Assembly: GCA_965203055.1 (NCBI GenBank)
Contig: OZ241863.1
Span: 480,001-544,000 of the forward strand
DNA length: 64,000 nt
Origin: Spirochaetia bacterium
GTDB taxonomy: Bacteria > Spirochaetota > Spirochaetia > SZUA-6 > Bin103
Direction of reading: 5' to 3'
The translations under genes were made by a program, and so were the position numbers. A model generated the notes under the pieces. That model searched no databases and was not told the origin of the DNA. It worked only from the letters and a program-made list of their open reading frames with translations. Within the stretch, counting starts at the first letter, position 1, and each line of letters begins with the position of its first letter. This document shows positions 32,809 to 42,340 of the stretch, piece after piece.

Positions 32809-35800
32809 ATGACCTATCGCGACGTGATCCGGTTCGAGCCGATCGAGACCGTGGTGCAGTTGCGCGACGCCGACCACGAATCGGCCGCCCGCGCGCTGGT
32901 TGCCACCTACGTGGTGAGCGACGAGATGGCGGAGAAGCTGACCGCCGTCCTGATCCCGCAGCTTCGGTTCGACCGCCCGGCCGACCACAAGGGCTTCCTG
33001 GTGGTGGGCAACTACGGCACCGGCAAGTCGCACCTGATGTCGGTGATTTCCGCGGTGGCCGAGCGCGGCGAGCTGCGCGACGCGCTCACCAACCGGGAGG
33101 TGGCCGCCGCGGCGCGTCCGATCGCCGGTCGGTTCAAGGTCGCCCGCACCGAGCTGGGCGCCACCACGATGGACTTCCGCGCCTTCGTCTGCTCGCAACT
33201 CGAAGAAGCGCTCGCCTCCTGGGGCGTCGCGTATCGGTTCCCCTCGCCTGACAAGATCCCGAACCACAAGGGGGCGTTCGAGGAGCTGATGGCGGCGTTC
33301 CACCGGCAGTACCCCGATCACGGGCTGCTGCTGGTGGTGGACGAGCTGCTCGACTACCTGAAGAGCCGCCGGGACCAGGAGCTGGTCCTCGACCTGAACT
33401 TCCTGCGCGAGGTGGGCGAAGTCTGCAAGGACCTCCGCTTCCGCTTCGTGGCCGGCGTGCAGGAGGCGATCTTCGACAGCCACCGCTTCGCCCACGCGGC
33501 GGACAGTCTGCGGCGCGTCCGGGATCGCTTCGATCAGCTCCTCATCGCCCGCGCTGACGTGAAGTACGTGGTCGCCGAACGGCTGCTCAAGAAGAATGGC
33601 CACCAGCAGGCGCAGATCCGCGGCTACCTGACGCCGTTCACCCGGTTCTACGGGAACATGAACGAGCGCCTGGACGAGTTCGTACGGCTGTTCCCGGTCC
33701 ATCCCGACTTCATCGACACCTTCGAGCGGATCACTTCGATCGAGAAGCGCGAGGTGCTGAAGGCGCTCTCCATCGCCATGAAGGCGAGTATCGACGAGGA
33801 GCTTCCATCCGACCGACCGGGACTGATCGCCTGGGACGCCTATTGGCGCACGCTGCGCGAGAACCCGGTGTTCCGCGCCGACCCCGACATCAAGGAGGTG
33901 ATCGATTGCAGCCAGGTGCTGGAGGCGCGCATCCGGCAGGCGTTCACCCGCCCGGCCTATCGGCCGCTGGCGCTGCGGATCATCCGCGGCCTGTCGGTGC
34001 ACCGCCTGACGCACCAGGACATCCACGCGCCGCTCGGCGCCACCGCGGCGGAGCTGCGCGACGGCCTGTGCCTCTACCAGCCGGGCATCGAGGACCTGGG
34101 CGGCGAGCCGGCCGACGATCTGCTCACCCAGGTGGAGACCGTGCTGCGCGAGATCCGGCGCACGGTCAGCGGCCAGTTCATCTCGGCCAGTCCCGACAAC
34201 GGCCAGCACTATCTCGACCTCAAGAAGACCGACGATTACGACGCCCTGATCGAGAAGCGCGCCGAGACCCTCGACGATGAGCAGCTCGACCGCTACTACT
34301 ACGCGGCGCTCAAGCGCGTGCTGGAGTGCACCGACGAGACCTACGTCAGCGGCTACCGGATCTGGGAGCACGAACTGGAGTGGCGCGAGCGCCGCGCCGC
34401 GCGGCGCGGCTACCTGTTCTTCGGGGCGCCCAACGAGCGCTCCACCGCGGTCCCGCCGCGGGATTTCTACCTGTACTTCATCCAGCCGCATGACCTGCCG
34501 CGCTATCGGGACCAGCAGCGCCCGGACGAGGTGTCGTTTCGGCTCACCGGTCAGGACGATGCCCTCCGGCACGCGCTCAGGAGTTGCGCGGCGGCCCTCG
34601 ACTTGGCGTCCCGCGCGTCCGGACACGCGAAGGAGGCGTACCAGGGGAAAGCGGACGGCTTCCTGCGGCACCTGACGAACTGGCTGCAGGAACGGATGAG
34701 CGCGGCGTTCGAGGTCACCTGCCGGGGACGGACCAAGTCCCTCATGGGGTGGGTCAAGGGGGTCCGGGGCGCGCTGACCGGAACCGGCGCGCGGGCCAAC
34801 GTGCGCGACTTGGTGAACGCCGTGGGGTCCGCGGCCCTGGCCGCCCACTTCGAGAACGAGGCGCCGGAGTATCCCGCCTTCGCGGACTACCACACCACGG
34901 CGAGCCGGCCGCAGGCGGTGGGCGGCGCGCTGCGGTGGATCGCCGGGGCCGGCACCAGCGCCGGCGCCGCGAAGACGCGGCAAGGAGCGAAGGTCCTCGA
35001 CGCCCTGGAGCTGCTTGACGGGGAACGGCTCGACCCCGGCCGCTCGCGGTACGCCCGGCACGTCGTCGAGCTGCTGCGCGGCAAGGGGCTGGGGCAGGTC
35101 CTGAACCGGGCGGAGCTGATCCACACGGTTCGGGACGTCGAGTACCTGGCCCCGGGGAGATACCGGCTGGAGCCGGAGTGGGTGGTCGTGCTGCTGGCCG
35201 CCCTGGTCTACTCCGGCGACCTGGTGCTGGCCATTCGCGGCAAGAAGATCGACGCGACCGACCTTGCGGGGCTGGCGGCCGCGCCGCTCGATGAGCTGGT
35301 CGACTTCAAGCACGTCGAACGCCCCAAGGAGTGGAACATCCCGGCGCTGCGCGCCGTATTCGAGCTGCTGGAGCTGACGCCGGGCATGGCGCAGCTCGTG
35401 GCGCAGGGCAAGGAGGAACCGGTGCAGGAGCTGCAGAAAGCCGTCACGGCCTGGGTGAACCGGCTGGTGACCGCGCAGCAGGCGCTGCGCGAGGGGGTGT
35501 ACTTCTGGGGACGGAACCTGCTCGACGAGCCGGCCGGCGGCCGCGACCCGCGCGGCGCGCTGGATGCCGCGAAGACGTTTCTCGAATCGCTGCAGCCGTT
35601 CTCAACCCCCGGCCGACTCAAGAACTTCCGGTACGAGGCGCACGACGTAGAGCGGCACCGGGCCGGCATGGAGGCCGTGCGCGAGGTGGAGTCCCTGCAG
35701 GAGTTGGCGGCGGCGCTGGGCGGCGCGGCGGCCTATCTGTCCGCGGCGGAGGCGATGCTGCCGAGCGGCGATGCGTGGACTGCGCGGATGAAGGACGGGC

Positions 35801-36552
35801 GGACGGCAGTCCTGGAACGGGTCGCCGATCCGGCGGCGCGGGCGCGGCCCGGGTTCCGGTCGGAGACGCAACGGGGGCTCGCGGAGCTCAAGGCGCGGTA
35901 TGTCCGCGCCTACCTCGACCTGCACGCGCGCGCCCGGCTCGGCGTCGACGACGACGCGCGCAAGCGCCGGCTCCTTACCGGCGCCCGCCTGCAGCAGGCC
36001 GCCGCGCTGGCGGCCATCGACCTGCTGCCCCGGCAGCGCCTGACCGACTTTCAGAACCGTCTGGCCGGCGTGCGGACCTGCTACGAACTTACCGAACAGA
36101 ACCTCGCCGCCGCCGCCGAATGTCCGCACTGCGGCTTCCGGCCGGCGGCCGAACCGACCCCGGCGCCCGCCGGCAAGGTGCTCTCGGCCCTCGACGACGA
36201 GCTCGACGCCATCCTCGCCGATTGGACCGCAGCGCTGCTCACCAACCTGGACGACCCCACTATCAAGGATCAGTTGGCACTGCTACGGCCGGGTCAGCGG
36301 GCGATGGTGCAGGAGTTCATCGCCTCCCGAACGTTGCCTGAGAAACTTGGCCACGATTTCATCGCCGCACTCCGCGACGCCCTCTCCGGCCTGACCAAGG
36401 TCACCGTGACCACAGCGGCGTTGCGCGCCGCGCTCGTCGCCGCCGGCTCCCCGGCTACCATCGACGACCTGAAGGACCAGTTCTCCGCCTACGTCGACCG
36501 GCAGGCGCGGGGGCACGACCCCGCCAAGGTCCGCATCGTCCTGGAAGAGTGA
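32809..36552 (+). CDS. brxC: BREX-3 large ATPase (BrxC/PglY, DUF6079-like)
   Basis: GNYGTGKSH Walker [12 protein letters not shown]alker B, CPHC near C-terminus; gene context. Confidence 0.85.
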   Translation: MTYRDVIRFEPIETVVQLRDADHESAARALVATYVVSDEMAEKLTAVLIPQLRFDRPADHKGFLVVGNYGTGKSHLMSVISAVAERGELRDALTNREVAAAARPIAGRFKVARTELGATTMDFRAFVCSQLEEALASWGVAYRFPSPDKIPNHKGAFEELMAAFHRQYPDHGLLLVVDELLDYLKSRRDQELVLDLNFLREVGEVCKDLRFRFVAGVQEAIFDSHRFAHAADSLRRVRDRFDQLLIARADVKYVVAERLLKKNGHQQAQIRGYLTPFTRFYGNMNERLDEFVRLFPVHPDFIDTFERITSIEKREVLKALSIAMKASIDEELPSDRPGLIAWDAYWRTLRENPVFRADPDIKEVIDCSQVLEARIRQAFTRPAYRPLALRIIRGLSVHRLTHQDIHAPLGATAAELRDGLCLYQPGIEDLGGEPADDLLTQVETVLREIRRTVSGQFISASPDNGQHYLDLKKTDDYDALIEKRAETLDDEQLDRYYYAALKRVLECTDETYVSGYRIWEHELEWRERRAARRGYLFFGAPNERSTAVPPRDFYLYFIQPHDLPRYRDQQRPDEVSFRLTGQDDALRHALRSCAAALDLASRASGHAKEAYQGKADGFLRHLTNWLQERMSAAFEVTCRGRTKSLMGWVKGVRGALTGTGARANVRDLVNAVGSAALAAHFENEAPEYPAFADYHTTASRPQAVGGALRWIAGAGTSAGAAKTRQGAKVLDALELLDGERLDPGRSRYARHVVELLRGKGLGQVLNRAELIHTVRDVEYLAPGRYRLEPEWVVVLLAALVYSGDLVLAIRGKKIDATDLAGLAAAPLDELVDFKHVERPKEWNIPALRAVFELLELTPGMAQLVAQGKEEPVQELQKAVTAWVNRLVTAQQALREGVYFWGRNLLDEPAGGRDPRGALDAAKTFLESLQPFSTPGRLKNFRYEAHDVERHRAGMEAVREVESLQELAAALGGAAAYLSAAEAMLPSGDAWTARMKDGRTAVLERVADPAARARPGFRSETQRGLAELKARYVRAYLDLHARARLGVDDDARKRRLLTGARLQQAAALAAIDLLPRQRLTDFQNRLAGVRTCYELTEQNLAAAAECPHCGFRPAAEPTPAPAGKVLSALDDELDAILADWTAALLTNLDDPTIKDQLALLRPGQRAMVQEFIASRTLPEKLGHDFIAALRDALSGLTKVTVTTAALRAALVAAGSPATIDDLKDQFSAYVDRQARGHDPAKVRIVLEE

Positions 36553-36560
36553 GGTCCTAT

Positions 36561-37517
36561 ATGGCCGAAACCGATGCCCATGAAATCCCCCGCATGTACG
36601 CGGTCACCGGACTGCGCGATTTCTTCCGCTATCATCGCGACGTCTACGTCTCCGGCAACCTGCTGATCTACTACGAGGAGGGCAACGTCAATGCCGCGGT
36701 AGCTCCCGACGTGTTCGTCGTGTTCGGGGTGCCGAACCGCCCCCGGCCGATCTACAATCTGTGGGAGGAGGGCAAGAGTCCCGACTTCGTGTTGGAGATT
36801 ACCTCGCGCCACACTCGGAACGAGGACCACGGGCCGAAGCGGGAGCTGTACCAGTGGCTGGGCGTGCAGGAGTACTGGCAGTACGATCCGACGGAAGGCT
36901 ACCCGGAGCCGCGGTTGCGTGGTATGCGTCTGGTGGATGGGAGGTACGAGGCGCTGGCGGCGACCACCGTTTGGGGGAGGTCTCTGTTTGTGTACAGCGC
37001 GGTGCTAGGGCTGGAACTACGGGTAATGGAAGGGGATCTGCGTTTTCACGACCCCCGGACGGAACACACTATATTGACTCTCACCGAGAGCGACGAGGAG
37101 CTGATGCGGGAACTAGTGGACCGGGGGTGGCAGAACCAAGAGCAGTTGCAGGTAAAGGAGGCGTGGCAGCAGGAACAACTGGCGCGGCAGCAGGCGGAAC
37201 AGGCATGGCAGGGAGTAGAGCAGGCGTGGCAGCAGGAGCAACTGGCACGGCAGCAGGCGGAACAGGAGCGGCAGCAGGCGGAACAGGAGCGGCAGCAGGA
37301 ACGACTGGGGCGGCAGCGGGCGGAACGAGAGCGGCAGCAGGCAGAAGACGCGCGCCATGCGGCAGAAGCGCAGGTGGCGGAGCTGCAGGCATGCTGGCGC
37401 GGCGCCACGAACCCGGCGCCGACTCCGGTCCCAGAGGGTAAACGCCCTGCGGCCACCGACTGCCTCCTTGCAAGACGCTGCCGCGGACCGCTCGACGGCG
37501 AGCTGCGGGAACCGTAG
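36561..37517 (+). CDS. Uma2-family endonuclease with repetitive coiled-coil tail
   Basis: MAET..H, APDVFVV, PDFVLEITS, D..K..LY, EYWQYDP; true 3' end may be 37441 (see findings). Confidence 0.85.
   Translation: MAETDAHEIPRMYAVTGLRDFFRYHRDVYVSGNLLIYYEEGNVNAAVAPDVFVVFGVPNRPRPIYNLWEEGKSPDFVLEITSRHTRNEDHGPKRELYQWLGVQEYWQYDPTEGYPEPRLRGMRLVDGRYEALAATTVWGRSLFVYSAVLGLELRVMEGDLRFHDPRTEHTILTLTESDEELMRELVDRGWQNQEQLQVKEAWQQEQLARQQAEQAWQGVEQAWQQEQLARQQAEQERQQAEQERQQERLGRQRAERERQQAEDARHAAEAQVAELQACWRGATNPAPTPVPEGKRPAATDCLLARRCRGPLDGELREP
37159..37340 (+). repeat. Coding tandem repeats (21-bp and 63-bp periods) in Uma2 tail
   Basis: cagcaggcggaacaggagcgg x2 at 37251-37292; aggcgtggcagcagga at 37159 and 37222. 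Confidence 0.85.
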
Positions 37518-37575
37518 GGCGAGGCCGACCGGTACGCGCTTGCCGAACAGCTCAGCCGAGCGGTGCCCCCGGGCA

Positions 37576-37650
37576 GCTTGGTCACTCGTCGAATGACCAA
37601 GCCAGCCGGCCGCACGTCAGGTTGGTCACTCCTCGGCTGACCAACCTGAC
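37576..37650. repeat. Two tandem inverted repeats TTGGTCA-N9-TGACCAA
   Basis: gcttggtca/tgaccaagc (37576-37602) and gtcaggttggtca/tgaccaacctgac (37616-37650), both with 9-nt spacers. Confidence 0.85.
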
Positions 37651-38094
37651 CGCTGATCAGCGGCGGATCGTCGCCTTGTGCGAGGTGCGCCGGAATCACG
37701 CGCGTTCCTCATGTAGGAGACCGGACTTTCTCGGCGATCATCTCGTTGCCGCGCGCCGCGATCTGATCGACGCACTGGCACCGTACGTTCTTTCGACGCA
37801 AGCGTTTGGACCCGCTCGTCCAGGCCGGCCTGATCCGCGCGACGAAGCCCGGACGAGCCGCGCCACCCGGACCAAGTGCCTGAGCGCCTGGCGGTCCGCT
37901 GCCGCCGCACGGACGATGCATGAAACGGCGGCCGACGAGGTTGGTCACTCCTGGCTCCCGGCTTGGTCACACGCGCGGTCGTCTGGGCGTGAGGACCGCC
38001 GATCCGTCGCAGGCGGGCGCCGTGGGGAATCGATTCGTCAGCCGTGACCGCCGCGCGTTGAAGCGCCGCAGACGGCCGGCCCGTTATAGGGGGC

Positions 38095-39147
38095 ATGGCC
38101 ATCCATCAGCCCCACGACCGTCTGTTCAAGCGCGTGTTCGGCGCCCCGGCGGAAGCCGCGTCATTCCTGCAAGCCAGGCTGCCCGCGCGGCTCAGCCGCT
38201 CCCTGCGCTGGCCCACGCTCAAGCGGCTCCCCGCTTCGTTCGTTGCCCCGGACCTCCGCGGCACCGCTTCCGACCTGCTGTTCGAGATCGGTTACGCCGC
38301 ACCCGGCGTCGCGCAGGCTCCGCTCTGGCTCTACCTGCTGTTCGAGCATCAGTCCACCCCGGACTACTGGCTGCGCCTGCGCCTGCTGGCCTACTGCTGC
38401 CGCATCTGGGAGCACGACCGCCAAGTCCACAAGGATGCCGGCTACCTGCGCCCGATCCTGCCGCTGGTGTTCTACCAGGGTCCCACCGGCTGGCAGCACT
38501 CCCCGCAGTTCGCGGACCTGTTCCCGGCCGCAACGCGGGACTGGCCATGGCTGCCGCGGTTCGAGCACGTGCTGTTCGACCAGACTCAGATGTCGCCGGC
38601 GCAGGCGGCCGGCAGCGTCCGGGCACGGTTGCTGCAACTGACGATGATGCACGCCTTCAGCCGCGCGATGCGGGAGGCGCGGGCGCGGATGCGGGCGCTG
38701 CTGGACGACTTGGAGCGGGAAGGAAGCGGCGGGCAGGACGACATGAAGATGTTCATGCACTATATCGCGGAGACGGGGCCTGAAGACACGCCCGAGGCGA
38801 TGGGCGATATACTGAGCCACACGGCGGCAGGAGGGGAGTTGATGACGAGCGGCGAGCGGCTGCGCCAGGAAGGGCGCGACCAGATGCGCGACCAGATGCG
38901 TAACGAGATGCGAGCGGTTGCCGAACAGCGGCACCGCGAGGGCCGGAGCGAGGGCCGGAGCGAGGGGCGACTCGAGGGCCGTCTGGAAGGCCAGCGCGAG
39001 GGGCGGCTGGAGACGATCGACGGTCTCCTGAGGACCGGCGTCGACTGGTCGTTGATCGAGCGGGCGACCGGGATCGGCGAGCAGGAGTATCAGAAGCTCA
39101 GGAGCCAACCCAACGGCGCGGCCGCGGCCGGCGGCGACGGGACCTGA
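38095..39147 (+). CDS. Rpn/YhgA-like recombination-promoting nuclease
   Basis: HQPHDRLFK, SDLLF, YLLFEHQS, PLVFYQG, C-terminal EGR 12-bp repeats. Confidence 0.9.
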   Translation: MAIHQPHDRLFKRVFGAPAEAASFLQARLPARLSRSLRWPTLKRLPASFVAPDLRGTASDLLFEIGYAAPGVAQAPLWLYLLFEHQSTPDYWLRLRLLAYCCRIWEHDRQVHKDAGYLRPILPLVFYQGPTGWQHSPQFADLFPAATRDWPWLPRFEHVLFDQTQMSPAQAAGSVRARLLQLTMMHAFSRAMREARARMRALLDDLEREGSGGQDDMKMFMHYIAETGPEDTPEAMGDILSHTAAGGELMTSGERLRQEGRDQMRDQMRNEMRAVAEQRHREGRSEGRSEGRLEGRLEGQREGRLETIDGLLRTGVDWSLIERATGIGEQEYQKLRSQPNGAAAAGGDGT

Positions 39148-39198
39148 CGACGCACCCAAAGGAGACCGGTCACCCGCCGTTCGCCGGGAGCGGCCGGC

Positions 39199-41085
39199 AT
39201 GGCTGAGCGAGACGACGGCTCCCAGAACAAGCTCTTCCGGACCGAGGTCGTTCCCGGTACGGCCGGCAGCGGACGCCTGTTCGACGAACAGGCGATGACG
39301 CCCGAACCGGTCGAGTGCCTGGGAATGACGTTCGCGTCCGGCGCCGCGCGGCGCGCGTACTTCATGGAGCGCCTGCGGGAACTGCTGCCGGAGCTGCGCA
39401 AGCGCCCCGACTTTCCCGCCGGCGATGACGAAGCCATCCTGCGGCTCTCCGATCCGCCCTGGTACACCGCCTGCCCCAACCCGTTCCTGGCCGACTTCGC
39501 GGCGCACTACGGCCGCCCCTACGACGCCGGCGAGCCGTATCACCGCGAGCCGTTCGCGGTCGACGTCAGCGAGGGCAAGACCGATCCGCTCTACCGCGCG
39601 CACGGCTACCACACCAAGGTGCCGCACCGGGCGATCGTGCCGTCGATCCTCCACTACACCAAGCCCGGCGACCTGGTGCTGGACGGGTTCTGCGGCTCGG
39701 GCATGACCGGCGTGGCCGCGCAGTGGTGCGGCACGGCGCCGGCCGAGTACCGGCGGAAGATCGAGCAACAGTGGCAGGCGGAAGGCCGCCCGGCGCCGGA
39801 GTGGGGTGGGCGCCGCGCGCTCCTGGGCGACCTGTCGCCGGCGGCGACCTTCATCGCCGCCAACTACAACACGCCGTTCGACGACGCCTTTGCCAAGGCG
39901 GCGCGGCAGCTCCTGGACGAGGTGGAAGCCGAGATCGGCTGGATGTACGAGACGCTGCATACCGACGGCAGGACGAAGGGCCGGATCAACTACACGGTAT
40001 GGAGCGAAGTGTTCTCGTGCCCGGAATGCGCCGGCGAAGTCGTGTTCCTCGACGCCGCGCTCGCCGGCGACCGGCGGACTCGGCCCGAGTTCCCGTGCCC
40101 GCACTGCTCGGCAAAGTTGACCAAGCGCAGTCTGGAACGGTCGTTCGAGACGTTCGTCGACCACGTTTCAGGTGACACATGGAGTCGAATACGGCTGCGG
40201 CCGGTGGCGATCAACTACGCGGTCGGCGCGTCAACCTGCGAGAAGGTGCCGGACGCTGACGATCTGGCGATGCTCGACCGGGTCACCAGCCTCCGGCGGC
40301 CGCTCGAAGTGCCGGTGAACGCCTTTGCCATCGACGAGATGTACCACGGATCGCGGCTGGCGCCGAAGGGATTTACCCACGTCCACCGCATGTTTCTGCC
40401 GCGATCTGCCCACGCCTTGGGGGCGATGTGGCGGCGCGCTACGGCGTGCGGCGAGCCGCGACTGCGGAACATGCTGCTGTTCTTCGTCGAGCAGGCGATC
40501 TGGGGCATGTCCGTCCTGAACCGCTATGGCCCTACCCACTTCTCCCAAGTGAACCGCCAGTTGTCAGGCGTCTACTACGTCGGTTCACAGATCGCCGAAG
40601 TCTCACCCCGGTATATCCTGGACGGCAAACGCGCCCGTCTGAGCAAGGTCTTCGCAGCGACTCACCGCCGGCACGACGTGACTGTTTCGACCGCCGACTG
40701 CGCGGCGACGACCCTGCCGGACGACTCCATCGACTACGTCTTCACCGATCCCCCGTTCGGCGAGAACATCTACTACGCCGACCTCAACTATCTCGTCGAG
40801 TCCTGGCACCGCGTCCTCACCGCCAGCCGCCCGGAAGCGATCATCGACCGCGCCAAGGGCAAGACCATCACCGACTATCAACGCCTGATGCAGCGCTGCT
40901 TCGCCGAGTACTGCCGCGTCCTCAAGCCGGGCCGGTGGATGACCGTGGTCTTCCACAACTCCCGCAACGCCGTGTGGAACGCCATCCAGGAAGCGATGCT
41001 CGCCGCCGGCTTCGTAGTCGCTGGGCATCCACATGTACGACCGCGTATCCGCCGTACTCGCCGAGTTAATCGCGAACTCATATGA
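39199..41085 (+). pseudogene. pglXI: BREX-3 DNA methyltransferase PglXI, C-terminally truncated at about 41022
   Basis: PPWYTACPNP, HGYHTKVPH, DGFCGSG, FTDPPF; host-like codon usage ends after GFVVA, last ~19 aa derive from unrelated DNA. Confidence 0.7.
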
Positions 41086-41104
41086 CGCCGACGCGACCAA
41101 GGTC
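41021..41104 (+). pseudogene. Relic of a GHKL (HATPase_c/MutL/MORC-like) ATPase N-terminus
   Basis: Hand translation LGIHMYDRVSAVLAELIANSYDADATKV contains the ExxxNxxDA motif; not in ORF track. Confidence 0.7.
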
Positions 41105-42218
41105 TCACGATGAGATAGTGAAGGTGTACCGTACCCAGACAGATCAGCGGCTTGATCTTTTGGTAGCCACGCCACCGTGCCAAGGAATGAGTTCTTCGAA
41201 TCCAAGCCGCGGGAGGAGGAGTACGAATCAGGGTCGCAAGGAAGATCTCAACAAGCTGATCCTCGAGGTCATTCCCGCGGCGACACGGCTTGGTCCCCGA
41301 ATCATCGTTGCAGAGAACGTCCGTCCAATCTTGACTCTTGAGGTGAGTTGTGGCGAACGTCGCCAGAAAGTCATCGACCACCTGAGAGACGGTTTGCCTG
41401 AATACCATTTCTTTTCCGGGATCATAAACGTCGCAGACTATGGTATCCCGCAGGACCGTCGCCGAGCGGTTGTAGTGGGTATCCGGCGCGACGAGCCGGG
41501 GCTTGGTTCGATTTGCGGCGCAAACGTCGTCCCATGGCCGCGGAGGACACACGCGGAATTTCCAGAGAATGGTCAATGCCAGTGGACGACTATCCGGCAG
41601 TGGATGGATTACGTGGGGTACGAGACTCTGGACTCGGCGTCATCAGCGGAGTCAATAGGCCGACACCCATTGCATTACGTTCCGAACTATGCCAATAATC
41701 CGGACCGTTACTTGCAGATTAGTCAGATTCCGCCGTATTCTGGTCGGAGCGCGTATGAAAACGACACGTGCCCGACTTGTCGTAGTCAGCCAATTCGCGC
41801 CGGAGTAGTCAAGTGCATACGTGGACACGTCATGCGCAATCGCCCGTACGTTCGCACCGGGAAGAGATTCAGACTCGTGAAGGGATTTCGATCAAGCTAC
41901 CGAAGAATGGCTCCCGACCAACCCGCCCGAACGATCACTACGAACACCAGCCACGTTGGCAGTGACTTCAAGATTCATCCATGGGAGAACAGGGTCCTGA
42001 GCACTCTCGAGTGCTCCGATCTCCAGACCGTCCCACGGTTTTTTAACTGGTCAAGTGCCATCGACGCTCAACCTAGGAGTAAGCGATACTTGATTAGAAA
42101 CTTAATTGGCGAGGCATTTCCTCCGTATTTCACTTTTCTCCATGGTAAGGTACTTGCTGAAGCGCTTCAGAACTCTCACTTCGATGCCAAGCACTTCGCC
42201 CATGACGTACGGCAGTAA
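41082..42218 (+). pseudogene. DNA (cytosine-5) methyltransferase lacking N-terminal motifs I-III
   Basis: TPPCQGMS (IV), ENV (VI), PQDRRR (VIII), RVLSTLECSDLQ (IX), IGEAFPP (X); no FxGxG, in-frame TAA at 41067 upstream. Confidence 0.8.
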
Positions 42219-42340
42219 ATCGTCTGTCGGCCGAAGTGACCAAGCCGGATCTTACGCGAGACGGCTATCAGTCAGATGACGATCTGAGCATCGATTGGAT
42301 TGGACTCTGAGTGTCGATCAGTCGAGGATCGGAAGACGTG

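Noticed and set aside
32506..35313. Very long antisense ORFs (also 1058..3403, 46795..49512, 52454..54358)
   Set aside because: Shadow frames of high-GC3 genes; no recognisable motifs.
37140..37340. Repeats as a possible CRISPR array
   Set aside because: In-frame coding repeats without unique spacers; no cas genes in the window.
37622..38047. ORF of 141 aa between Uma2 and Rpn
   Set aside because: Looks like a mosaic of remnants with no SD or coherent domain; not called as a gene.
38095..39147. Rpn gene as an IS transposase
   Set aside because: No terminal inverted repeats or target duplication seen; the family is not established as a true transposase.
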